Source of the DNA: a candidate division WOR-3 bacterium
GTDB taxonomy: Bacteria > Hydrothermota > Hydrothermia > LBFQ01
NCBI GenBank assembly: GCA_027050205.1
Contig: JALUCS010000125.1
Location: forward strand, 1-25,455
Direction: 5' to 3'
Length of the DNA: 25,455 nt
The translations under genes were made by a program, and so were the position numbers. Below, in pieces: positions 1-8,165 of this stretch. The notes below the pieces were generated by a model, which searched no databases, had not been told where the DNA came from, and saw only the letters and a program-made list of their open reading frames with translations. The first letter of the stretch is position 1. Every line of letters starts with the position of its first letter.

Positions 1-30
1 CCCTCCCCCGGAGCGTCCCCTTGGCCGCCG

Positions 31-36
31 TACAAT
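31..36 (+). promoter_or_regulatory. -10 box TACAAT, 6 nt before GTG at 43 (leaderless-type promoter)
   Basis: TACAAT-tgacgg-GTG; same geometry as many other genes in the window. Confidence 0.6.
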
Positions 37-42
37 TGACGG

Positions 43-1095
43 GTGTCCTTCCGTCTCCCCTACTTCATGACGATGTGGTGGGCCCGGCTCTTCGCCCTAA
101 CCTCCCTCCTCTCCTTCCTGTTGGTGGCCTTTCAGGACACCCTTGAGGGGAGGTACGTCCTCTTCCTCCTCGGCTTTGTGCAGACGTACATCATCTCCGT
201 CCAGCACGGCAGCATAACCTTCCCCAGAAACAGGGGAGGTATATTCAAGGTGGCGGCCGACATCTCCTGGCTCCTTTTAACCGGCTCCATCCTGCACTAC
301 GCTCTCTTCCACGACCTAGGGGCCATCCTCCCCTTCTACAAGCTCGGCTTCGTCCTCTTCATCGTATTCCAGTTCTTCCCCCTCATAACCTACCGCTACA
401 GGACGGTGAAACGCCTCTACGACATCCCAGCCGCCTCCTTCATGCTCGCGGGGGCCATCTGGGGACTTACCTCCATCCTCGTCTCCGGCAAGGCCTTTCT
501 CCACCTAGTGTTCCTCGGTTTCCAGCTCCATACCTTCCTCGGCTGTATGTACTTCATGCTCCCCCGCTTCTCCAGAAAGGTGGGGTACGAGATCTCAACG
601 CCCCTCGCCCTCCTCGTCTTCATCCTAACCGATGGGGCAATGCTCCTAAACTTCCTCGGCTTCGCCTTCAACTACTTTTACCTCAAGGTAGCGGCCGTAC
701 TCCTTGGTACCGCCCTCCCCCTCTTCCTCTTCCAGATGCGGGGGGTGGTGTTCAACTACCCCATAACCTTCGCCGTCCTCTTCTTCCTGACGGCCCTCGT
801 CTTCGCCTTCCAGTACGACCGCACCCACCACGTCCCCTTCATGCTCCTTGGGATGGGGAGCTTCGCCCTCGGTATGGGCAAGAGGTGGTATATGCTCCAC
901 TTCGGTAGGGGGAACTCCGACTGGGACCTCCTCTACCATGCCTCCTACGTCTTTCTGCTCCTGACGCCCCTCAACCGGTGGGCCTTCCTCCTTTCGGCCG
1001 TCCTCCTCGCTCTCTGGGTCTTCCTGAACGCCCGGAGCGTAAGGACCCTAAGGGACGAGATGCTCCGGAGTTTGCTCAACTGGTGGAGAGTTTGA
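43..1095 (+). CDS. Polytopic membrane protein, possibly NnrS / heme-copper oxidase subunit-I-like fold
   Basis: 350 aa, many hydrophobic segments; intramembrane His motifs HLVFLGFQLHTFLGCMYFMLPRF and HHVPFMLLG resemble the H-x3-LGF...G-x2-Y-x3-P pattern. Confidence 0.55.
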   Translation: MSFRLPYFMTMWWARLFALTSLLSFLLVAFQDTLEGRYVLFLLGFVQTYIISVQHGSITFPRNRGGIFKVAADISWLLLTGSILHYALFHDLGAILPFYKLGFVLFIVFQFFPLITYRYRTVKRLYDIPAASFMLAGAIWGLTSILVSGKAFLHLVFLGFQLHTFLGCMYFMLPRFSRKVGYEISTPLALLVFILTDGAMLLNFLGFAFNYFYLKVAAVLLGTALPLFLFQMRGVVFNYPITFAVLFFLTALVFAFQYDRTHHVPFMLLGMGSFALGMGKRWYMLHFGRGNSDWDLLYHASYVFLLLTPLNRWAFLLSAVLLALWVFLNARSVRTLRDEMLRSLLNWWRV

Positions 1096-1127
1096 CTTTC
1101 ACCCCCTACCCTTCCCCCTTCAGTCCT

Positions 1128-1133
1128 TAGAAT
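1128..1133 (+). promoter_or_regulatory. -10 box TAGAAT, 8 nt before ATG 1142
   Basis: TAGAAT-accaacca-ATG; no Shine-Dalgarno, upstream is a pyrimidine tract. Confidence 0.75.
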
Positions 1134-1141
1134 ACCAACCA

Positions 1142-1633
1142 ATGACTCTAAGGGAGCGTCTTGAGAACGTAAAGCGGATATTCCCCAAGGCGGACAGCGC
1201 CCTCATAGCGGCCTTACACGAGGTCCAGGACGAGTACGGTTGGATCCACCCAGATGGCATAAAGCTGATAACGGAGGTCTTGGGGTACTCCGAGACCCAG
1301 ATCGTGAGCGTCGCCTCCTTCTACCACTTCTTCCACCTTGAGCCTCGCCCCAGGTACAAGCTGGCCGTATGCACCAACCTGACCTGCATGCAGAAGGGGG
1401 CCTACGACCTCCTCAAGTTCGCCAGGGAGAACGCCGACCCCAACAAGGTGTTCATAGAGGAGACGGAGTGCATAGGTCTGTGCGACCACGCCCCCGCCGC
1501 CCTCCTCAACGGCACCCCCATAAAGGGCCTCACGGTTGAGCTCCTCAAGGACCTCCTTGAGAACCCGGAGAAGTACGACGAGGGGTACAGGGAGACCTAT
1601 TCGGACATGGCCGACTTATACAAGGAGCGGTAG
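1142..1633 (+). CDS. nuoE: NuoE/HoxE-like thioredoxin-fold [2Fe-2S] subunit
   Basis: ALIAALHEVQDEYGWI, VASFYHFF and four Cys in CTNLTC...CIGLC followed by DHAPA. Confidence 0.85.
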   Translation: MTLRERLENVKRIFPKADSALIAALHEVQDEYGWIHPDGIKLITEVLGYSETQIVSVASFYHFFHLEPRPRYKLAVCTNLTCMQKGAYDLLKFARENADPNKVFIEETECIGLCDHAPAALLNGTPIKGLTVELLKDLLENPEKYDEGYRETYSDMADLYKER

Positions 1634-1640
1634 TCCGGCT

Positions 1641-1646
1641 TAGAAT
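1641..1646 (+). promoter_or_regulatory. -10 box TAGAAT upstream of the lipoprotein gene (leadered case)
   Basis: ctTAGAATacc, same context as the box at 1128; nearest starts are TTG 1665 and ATG 1686. Confidence 0.6.
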
Positions 1647-1685
1647 ACCGCTTACGAAGGGGGGTTGAAAGAGACTTCCCCACTT

Positions 1686-2507
1686 ATGAAACGAATAGTT
1701 TTGGCGCTGGCGCTCGCCGGTTTTGTAGTTGGGTGCGGTAAGAAGAAGGACTACTCCAAGCTGAAGTTGGAGGAGGTATTCCACCCGTACGATATAAAGA
1801 GCGGGTACGTTAAATACAAGGTGTCAGGGGACGAGGAGGGGTACGAGGAGCTGTGGTGGGACGACTACGGTCTCAAGACCCACAAGCACCGGAGCGTCGT
1901 CTCCGTCAAGTTTGGCAGGGTACCCATTGAGGGGTGGGACATAGGTACGAAGGAGTGGCTCTACTCCTACGGGAGGCGCTTCAAGAGGAAGTTCATAAAG
2001 AAGGAGCTGCGGGACACCTTCATACCCGACTCCATCATAGGCTCGGCCAGACCCAACAACCTCTTCCTCATCCTCAAGAGCAGGTGGGAGAAGCTCTCAC
2101 CGGAGCAGAAGAACAAGCTCGGTCCCAAGATTGAGAAGTTCGCCAAAGAGCTCCAGCTCGGTATCGTCTATAAGGGGATGATCCAGAAGCCGAACCAGCT
2201 CTTCGTGAAGAAGATCGCCGGGAAGAAGGCCGACGTCTACAAGGTCAAGGGCCGGGACATTCGCCTCTTCATATACAAGGGAATCCCCCTCGGATGGGAG
2301 GTCCTGACGGAGAGCGGCTCGCAGATATTCGTTGAGGCGGTTGAGGTCAAGGAGAACATAAAGGTGCCTCCGGACAAGTTCGGTCCCCTTCAGGGACCCA
2401 ACGTCAGGACGGTCATATACACGGACGACTCCGTGGCCGTCCAGCAGGAGAAGATCCTGATAAACGAGATGCTCAAGACCTACCTGCCGGAGCTGTTTGA
2501 GTTCTAA
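1686..2507 (+). CDS. Lipoprotein of unknown function (alternative start TTG 1665)
   Basis: MKRIVLALALAGFVVG-C lipobox; codon usage like neighbouring genes; beta-rich, Lys-rich body. Confidence 0.8.
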   Translation: MKRIVLALALAGFVVGCGKKKDYSKLKLEEVFHPYDIKSGYVKYKVSGDEEGYEELWWDDYGLKTHKHRSVVSVKFGRVPIEGWDIGTKEWLYSYGRRFKRKFIKKELRDTFIPDSIIGSARPNNLFLILKSRWEKLSPEQKNKLGPKIEKFAKELQLGIVYKGMIQKPNQLFVKKIAGKKADVYKVKGRDIRLFIYKGIPLGWEVLTESGSQIFVEAVEVKENIKVPPDKFGPLQGPNVRTVIYTDDSVAVQQEKILINEMLKTYLPELFEF

Positions 2508-2518
2508 GGGGGCGGCCG

Positions 2519-2524
2519 TAGAAT
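2519..2524 (+). promoter_or_regulatory. -10 box TAGAAT, 7 nt before ATG 2532
   Basis: TAGAAT-acggggt-ATG. Confidence 0.75.
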
Positions 2525-2531
2525 ACGGGGT

Positions 2532-3854
2532 ATGCTCTTTATGGCGAGCGTAAGTCTGGTGGTGCAGCCCGTTAAGATAGAGAAGAGGGTCCTGAAGAAC
2601 GGCCTTAACGTCTTCGTCGTTGAGGACCACTCGGCGCCCGTCGCCGCCGTACAGGTCTGGTACAGGGTAGGCTCCCGGAACGAGAGCTACGGCATAACCG
2701 GTATCTCCCACGTCCTTGAGCATATGATGTTCCGCTTCCAGTGGAAGGGAGTGGACTTCAGCCAGTACATAGACCGGATGGGGGGAAGGGACAACGCCTT
2801 CACCACGAGGGACGCCACGGCGTACTACGAGGTCGTCCCCTCCAACAGGGTTGAGGAGGTCCTGCAGATAGAGGCCGCCCGGATGCGGAAGATACCCTTC
2901 ACCGGCTTTGACGAGGAGGTAAAGGTCGTACAGGAGGAGAGGAGGTGGAGGACGGAGAACATGCCCAGCGGCATCACGTGGGAGATGCTCTACGCTACGG
3001 CCTTCATAGCCCACCCCTACCGCCACCCCGTCATAGGGTGGATGAGCGACCTCCAGGCCCTAAAGGTGGAGGACGTGCGCCGGTACTACATGAAGTACTA
3101 CGCCCCCAACAACGCCGCCCTGGTGGTCGTGGGGGACGTAAAGGCGGAGGATATATTCCGCTGGGCGGAGAAGTACTTCGGTAAGTACGAGCCTTCGCCG
3201 GATATACCGGAGGTACGCACAAGGGAGCCGAAGCAGCTCGGCCGCCGGGAGGCCGTGGTGAAGAAGGAGGGCTTCACGAAGTACCTCGTCCTCGCCTGGC
3301 ACATACCGGAGAGTAAGGACCCCTCCCACTACGCTCTGGACGTCCTGTCCTCCTACCTGTCCTACAAGACTTCCCCCCTCTACGAGAAGCTGGTGAAGAG
3401 CGGTCTGGCCACGTCCTATTGGGCGGGAGCCTTCGGTGGGATAGACCCTACCCTCTTCGTGGTGTGGGTCACTCTGCAGCCCACTATGGACTACGACACC
3501 GTTGAATCGGTGGTCCTGAACGAGATAAAGAGGCTGAAGAAAGACCTCGTCCCGCAGGAGTACCTGAAGAGGGCCAAGAAGTCCGCCCTCGTGGACGCCA
3601 TCAACCAGAGGGAGAGCTCCAACGGCCTCGCCATGGTCATAGGATGGAGCTGGGTACGGATGGGAGACCCGGAGGCCTACGTCAACCGGTATCACGAGGA
3701 GATAGCCAAGGTCACGCAGGAGGACATCCGGAACGTCGTCAGGAAGTACCTTGACGATGAGGCCTACACCGTTGTAAAGCTCGTCCCCGTCCCACCGAAG
3801 GACATGCGGGCCTTTATGGAGGGGATGAAGAAGGCCCAGGAGTTCAAGAGGTAG
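2532..3854 (+). CDS. M16B family zinc peptidase (pitrilysin/insulinase-like)
   Basis: LKNGL start, VWYRVGSRNE, inverted zinc motif HVLEH, GGRDNAFT, HPYRHPVIG, YYAPNNA. Confidence 0.95.
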   Translation: MLFMASVSLVVQPVKIEKRVLKNGLNVFVVEDHSAPVAAVQVWYRVGSRNESYGITGISHVLEHMMFRFQWKGVDFSQYIDRMGGRDNAFTTRDATAYYEVVPSNRVEEVLQIEAARMRKIPFTGFDEEVKVVQEERRWRTENMPSGITWEMLYATAFIAHPYRHPVIGWMSDLQALKVEDVRRYYMKYYAPNNAALVVVGDVKAEDIFRWAEKYFGKYEPSPDIPEVRTREPKQLGRREAVVKKEGFTKYLVLAWHIPESKDPSHYALDVLSSYLSYKTSPLYEKLVKSGLATSYWAGAFGGIDPTLFVVWVTLQPTMDYDTVESVVLNEIKRLKKDLVPQEYLKRAKKSALVDAINQRESSNGLAMVIGWSWVRMGDPEAYVNRYHEEIAKVTQEDIRNVVRKYLDDEAYTVVKLVPVPPKDMRAFMEGMKKAQEFKR

Positions 3855-5093
3855 ATGAACCTATCTCCCTCCCTCTTCCTCCTCGTCATCGGGGGGGTCA
3901 TAGTGTTCGGCTTCTTCGCCGAGGTGATATTCCGCAGGTTCGGGGTGGCCCCCGTCCTCCCCCTCATAACCGTCGGCTTCCTGATGGCCGGGGTGTTGGG
4001 ATGGGTGGACCCGGCGGGGGCCAGGGCCTTCGCCCCCTACTTCGGGGCCGTAGCCTTCGCCATAATCCTCTTCACCGGCGGCATAACCTTCAATCTCGGC
4101 AGCCTCGTCCGTACCTCCCTCGTCGCCACCCTCTACACCGTCCTCGTCTTCACCCTAAGCGTCTCCGCCGTCGCCCTCCTCTGGAAGGTCCTCTACGGGG
4201 ACTGGACGGTGGGCATCGGCGTCGGCATAATGTTAGGTGGCACCAGCGGGGCGGTCGTCATACCGGTCGTAGAGAAGTTGAAGGTCTCCGACTACGTAAA
4301 GGGGATAGCCACCCTTGAGTCCGTCCTTACGGACGTATTGGTGGTCGTGGGCTTCTCCGCCCTGGTCACCGTCTCCACCGGAGGGGGGAGCGTGAATCCC
4401 GGTATGCACCTCCTCCGGGCCTTCGGCATAGGGGCAGGGGTGGGCGCCGTAATGGGCCTGCTATGGCTTCAGGCCCTCCGCTACCTGTCGGATACCGGCC
4501 TCTCCTTCACGATGACGTTGGGCGTCCTCCTCCTCACCTACGGGGCGGTTGAGATGCTCGGAGGGAGCGGCCCCATCTCCTCCCTCACCCTCGGCCTCGT
4601 CCTCTCCAACGCCCGCCTCCTCAAGAGGGTCCTTCGGGAGGAAGTGCTGTCCAACATCAACGTGTATCTTGACGACTTCACGCGTAGGGTCAGCGAGGAG
4701 GTCTCCTTCCTCGTCAGGACCTTCTTCTTCCTCCTCCTCGGCCTCGCCGTGGACCCGGCCGTCCTCTCCTCCCTTCCCGTCATCCTCGGCATCCTCCTCA
4801 TCTTCGTCGTCCTGGCCTCTGTGCGCTACCCCGTCGCCCTCCTCGTCGGAACCCTTATCCCTGACGTCGGTCCGAGGGGGGCAAGGCTCCTCTGGGCTAT
4901 GATGCCCCGCGGCCTCGCCTCGGCCGTCGTCGCCTTCTCCCTTTCCCCCCTGTTCCCCTCCGTCGGTCAGGTCCTGGTGGCCTACGCCCTCGGCGTAATC
5001 GTCCTAAGCGTCCTCTTTATGACCGTTGGCGTCTTCCTCTTCGGCAGGGAGGCCCCTACCTCGGAAAGTGGAGCCTCAACGGGGGTAGAATAG
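3855..5093 (+). CDS. Cation:proton antiporter (CPA1/NhaP-like)
   Basis: Many TM segments; ILFTGG, GGTSGAVVIP, LESVLTD and MMPRGLASAV motifs; ATG directly follows the upstream stop. Confidence 0.9.
   Translation: MNLSPSLFLLVIGGVIVFGFFAEVIFRRFGVAPVLPLITVGFLMAGVLGWVDPAGARAFAPYFGAVAFAIILFTGGITFNLGSLVRTSLVATLYTVLVFTLSVSAVALLWKVLYGDWTVGIGVGIMLGGTSGAVVIPVVEKLKVSDYVKGIATLESVLTDVLVVVGFSALVTVSTGGGSVNPGMHLLRAFGIGAGVGAVMGLLWLQALRYLSDTGLSFTMTLGVLLLTYGAVEMLGGSGPISSLTLGLVLSNARLLKRVLREEVLSNINVYLDDFTRRVSEEVSFLVRTFFFLLLGLAVDPAVLSSLPVILGILLIFVVLASVRYPVALLVGTLIPDVGPRGARLLWAMMPRGLASAVVAFSLSPLFPSVGQVLVAYALGVIVLSVLFMTVGVFLFGREAPTSESGASTGVE
5086..5091 (+). promoter_or_regulatory. -10 box TAGAAT, 7 nt before ATG 5099, inside the last codons of the antiporter
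   Basis: TAGAAT-agagggt-ATG; its final T is the first base of the antiporter TAG stop. Confidence 0.7.
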
Positions 5094-5098
5094 AGGGT

Positions 5099-6160
5099 AT
5101 GAAACGGTTGTTCGTCGGATTTGGATTGCTGTTGGCGGTTCCCCTCTGGGGGATACCGACGTACGCCCGTAGGTACAACCGCAGTTGTATAGAGTGCCAC
5201 GTCGGGTACCCCAAACTTAGGTACAGGGCCGAGAACCTTAAGTACAACAACTACATGCCCCAGAACTACAACCCCCGGATGAAGACGGTAGCCTTCCGTA
5301 AGGACAACCGGATATACCTCCCGATGGATCCCCCTATCTCCTTCAGGTTTTTGACCTTCCTCGGCTTCGTCAGTCGCGGAGGGAAGATGGAGAACTACGG
5401 GGAGTTGGGCGGAAGCGTCCTCCTCTCCTACAACTTAAGCAGCATATCCTCCTTCTACGTCTCCCTCCACCGTTTCACTGGCACCCTCCGTTCCCCGTAC
5501 GATACCATAGACCTGTTCGGGGACGCCTTTTTGAACCTTAGTCTGCCCGCCAAATCCCGCCTCGTGGTGGGTAAGTACGACCTATCGGAGTTCTTCCTCA
5601 AGAGGAGTACTCGCCTGACGTACACCGATTTCTACGCCTATCCCCGCGGGAAACTTACGGGGACGGGGGTAGCCCTTTCCCTTACCCCTTACTTCCAGGC
5701 GGGGGTCCTGGACGTAGAGGGGATGCGCACCTTCTTGAGGGCCGGGGCCAACACCAAGTACTTCGGCTTCGGCATCTCCGCCGTACCCGTAGACGGCGCC
5801 CAGAGGTACTCCTTGGAGCTGCGTACTCGCTTCGCCTTCTTTGACCTGTTTGCAATTACCGTCCTCGGTATAGACCAGAAACTGGGGAAGTTTGAGCTTA
5901 AGGACACAACCGCCTTCATAACGGGGTCCTACGGCTTGGACCTGACCTTCGGGCGTTTCTTCACCTCTCTACTGTACAACTACGTCGGGGCGGCGGACAA
6001 GGCTTACATGCCCCCGGACCACCTAAGCCTCCTCACCTGGAGCCTCGGCTTCTACCCCATCAGCAACCTCCGGGTCCTCCTTGAGAGCGGTTTCAACTTC
6101 GCCAGGAAGTTCCCCGCCGACGGCACCTATACGGGTCTGGTCCTGGATTGGTCCTTCTAA
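5099..6160 (+). CDS. Cyc2-like monoheme cytochrome c-porin fusion (outer membrane)
   Basis: Signal peptide, then IPTYARRYNRS-CIECH-VGY-PKL matching the PxFAR..CxxCH..PxL motif; amphipathic beta-strands; C-terminal GLVLDWSF barrel signal. Confidence 0.75.
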   Translation: MKRLFVGFGLLLAVPLWGIPTYARRYNRSCIECHVGYPKLRYRAENLKYNNYMPQNYNPRMKTVAFRKDNRIYLPMDPPISFRFLTFLGFVSRGGKMENYGELGGSVLLSYNLSSISSFYVSLHRFTGTLRSPYDTIDLFGDAFLNLSLPAKSRLVVGKYDLSEFFLKRSTRLTYTDFYAYPRGKLTGTGVALSLTPYFQAGVLDVEGMRTFLRAGANTKYFGFGISAVPVDGAQRYSLELRTRFAFFDLFAITVLGIDQKLGKFELKDTTAFITGSYGLDLTFGRFFTSLLYNYVGAADKAYMPPDHLSLLTWSLGFYPISNLRVLLESGFNFARKFPADGTYTGLVLDWSF

Positions 6161-6164
6161 CCTT

Positions 6165-7043
6165 ATGGAAAGGTTCAAAGAGGAATGGGAGAGGTACAGG
6201 GGGATAGTGGAGGAGGGGCTTGACGTCTTCCTCCCCCACGAGGACGAGTACCCCCAGAGCCTCTACCGGGCGATGAGGTACGCCGTATTCAGCGGTGGGA
6301 AGAGGTTGAGACCGGTCCTGACCCTCGCCGTAGCCGAGGCCTTCGGCTCCGATCCCAAACTCCTCCTCCCCCAGGCCGTAGCCATAGAGCTGATCCACAC
6401 CTTCACCCTCGTCCACGATGACCTCCCCGACATAGACAACGACGACTACCGAAGGGGGAAGCCCACCGTCCATAAGGTCTTTGGCAACGCCATAGCCATC
6501 CTCACGGGGGACGCCCTCTTCGCCCTCGCGCACAAGGTGGCCATCGCCGGCAGCCTACCCGACGGTACTAAGCTCCGGATCCTCCGGGAGATAAACGACG
6601 CCCTGTGCCACAGGGGGGTAATAGAGGGACAGGTGGCCGACATAGAGTCCCTCCAGAAGGAACCGGACTACGAGGATATGCTCTTCATCCACACCCACAA
6701 GACGGGGAAGCTCATAGAGGCCTCTACCGTCGTAGGGGCAATAGGTGCTGGAGCCTCGGAGGAGGAGGTAGCCTCCATCCGAGAGTACGGCAGGAAAGTG
6801 GGGCTAGCCTTCCAGATAATGGACGACATCCTTGATGCCGTCGGGGATGAGAAGGAGGTAGGGAAGAGGCTACGGAAGGACTTCAACAGGGCCTCCGCCG
6901 TCCGGATCCTCGGTCTTGACGGGGCGAGGCGGAAGATGGACGAGCTGGTGGATGGAGCCATAGCCGTAGTGGACAGGGTTCTGGGACGAAGAGGGTGGTT
7001 CCTGAAGGAGATGGCCAACTTCATCCGCGAGAGGACGTACTGA
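6165..7043 (+). CDS. ispA: Short-chain polyprenyl diphosphate synthase (FPP/GGPP synthase)
   Basis: GGKRLRP, FARM HDDLPDIDNDDYRRGKPT, GQVAD, HKTG, SARM FQIMDDILD; start moved to ATG 6165, after the upstream stop. Confidence 0.92.
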   Translation: MERFKEEWERYRGIVEEGLDVFLPHEDEYPQSLYRAMRYAVFSGGKRLRPVLTLAVAEAFGSDPKLLLPQAVAIELIHTFTLVHDDLPDIDNDDYRRGKPTVHKVFGNAIAILTGDALFALAHKVAIAGSLPDGTKLRILREINDALCHRGVIEGQVADIESLQKEPDYEDMLFIHTHKTGKLIEASTVVGAIGAGASEEEVASIREYGRKVGLAFQIMDDILDAVGDEKEVGKRLRKDFNRASAVRILGLDGARRKMDELVDGAIAVVDRVLGRRGWFLKEMANFIRERTY

Positions 7044-8148
7044 CCGCCCGCTTCAGGACCTCAACCACCCTCGCCACCCTCTCCTCACCCATGTTACCCC
7101 AGAGGGGGAGGGTGAGGACCCTTTCGGAGTACTCCTCCGTCTTGGGCAGACGTGTTCCGTCCCTGTAGATGGCAAACCTATGCACCGGCGGGTAATGGAC
7201 ACTCGTATATACCCCCATCTCCAACATCCTCCGCCTCACCTCCCCCCTATCCACCCCCTTAGGCAGGAGGACGGGAAAAATGTAGTGGGAGGAGGGGGAG
7301 TCGGGGGGAAAGGGAATCAGGACATCGGGGAGGGCCTCGGCGAGGAGGCGCCGGTAGAGGGATACCAACTTCCTCCTCCTTTCGTTCTCCCGTCGGAGTT
7401 TCTTCAGGTTGGCCAGGCCTATGGCAGCCTGTATCTCGCTCGGCCGGAGGTTGAGGCCCACATCAACGACGTCGTACATCTCCTCCTTACCCTTCAGCCT
7501 CTCCCACGAGGAGGAGGTCATCCCGTGGCTCCTTAGGAGCCTCGCCCTGCGGTAGATGTGGGGAGCGTCGGTTATGAGGTATCCCCCTTCTCCGGTGCTT
7601 AGGTTCTTGTTGGCGAAAGTGCTGAAGGCCCCCACCACCCCGAAGGTGCCGGCCATACCCCCCGGATACTCCGCCCCGTGCGCGTGGGAGGCGTCCTCTA
7701 TCAGGAGTAGGCCCCTATCCCGACATAGCTCCCTTAGGCCCTCCAAGGTGTCCCCGTAGCCAGCGTAGCTAACGAAGACAACCGCCTTCGTCTTAGGGGT
7801 TATCCTCCCTTCAACTGTCTCCGCCGATATTAGGGGAACCTCCAACGAGAGTACGTCCGCAAAGACCGGTTTGGCCCCGGCGAAGACGAGGGCGTTAGCG
7901 GTGGCCACGAACGTCAGGGAGGGCAGGATCACCTCGTACCCCTTCAGGTCCAGGGATAGGTACGCGAGGAGGAGGGCCGCCGTACCCGAAGACGTCGCCA
8001 AGGCGTACCTAACACCGTACAGGGAGGAGAGGGCGTCCTCGTACTCCTCCGTCTTAGGCCCCATGGAGACCCACCCACTCCGCAGCACCTCCAAGACTGC
8101 CCTCTCCTCCTCCTCATCCCAGTTCAGGTCAAACAGGGGGATCCGCAA
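7021..8148 (-). CDS. DegT/DnrJ/EryC1/StrS family PLP-dependent sugar aminotransferase
   Basis: SSGTAAL, PSLTFVATANA, IEDASHAHG, FSTFANKNLSTGEGG, LTLPL; TTG start; 23 nt convergent overlap with ispA. Confidence 0.93.
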   Translation of the reverse strand: MRIPLFDLNWDEEEERAVLEVLRSGWVSMGPKTEEYEDALSSLYGVRYALATSSGTAALLLAYLSLDLKGYEVILPSLTFVATANALVFAGAKPVFADVLSLEVPLISAETVEGRITPKTKAVVFVSYAGYGDTLEGLRELCRDRGLLLIEDASHAHGAEYPGGMAGTFGVVGAFSTFANKNLSTGEGGYLITDAPHIYRRARLLRSHGMTSSSWERLKGKEEMYDVVDVGLNLRPSEIQAAIGLANLKKLRRENERRRKLVSLYRRLLAEALPDVLIPFPPDSPSSHYIFPVLLPKGVDRGEVRRRMLEMGVYTSVHYPPVHRFAIYRDGTRLPKTEEYSERVLTLPLWGNMGEERVARVVEVLKRAVSTSSRG

Positions 8149-8156
8149 GTCCCCCT

Positions 8157-8162
8157 ATTCTA
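8157..8162 (-). promoter_or_regulatory. -10 box TAGAAT, 8 nt before TTG 8148
   Basis: Minus strand reads ctTAGAAT-agggggac-TTG. Confidence 0.7.
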
Positions 8163-8165
8163 AGC

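Noticed and set aside
2097..3026. 309 aa minus-strand ORF, and similar long antisense ORFs at 3060-3695, 16199-17446, 23181-24410 and 24483-25223
   Set aside because: Shadows of well-supported genes on the opposite strand, expected in GC-rich DNA; no recognisable motifs
6081..6164. Track N-terminal extensions of ispA (6081), riboflavin synthase (17136), glycerate kinase (17961) and the methyltransferase (21766)
   Set aside because: They overlap upstream genes or a hairpin; family N-termini and local signals favour 6165, 17202, 18012 and 21796
7021..7043. Convergent overlaps (ispA/DegT 23 nt; methyltransferase/uvrA 4 nt at 22611-14) as antisense regulation
   Set aside because: Short 3' overlaps are routine in compact genomes; no further evidence
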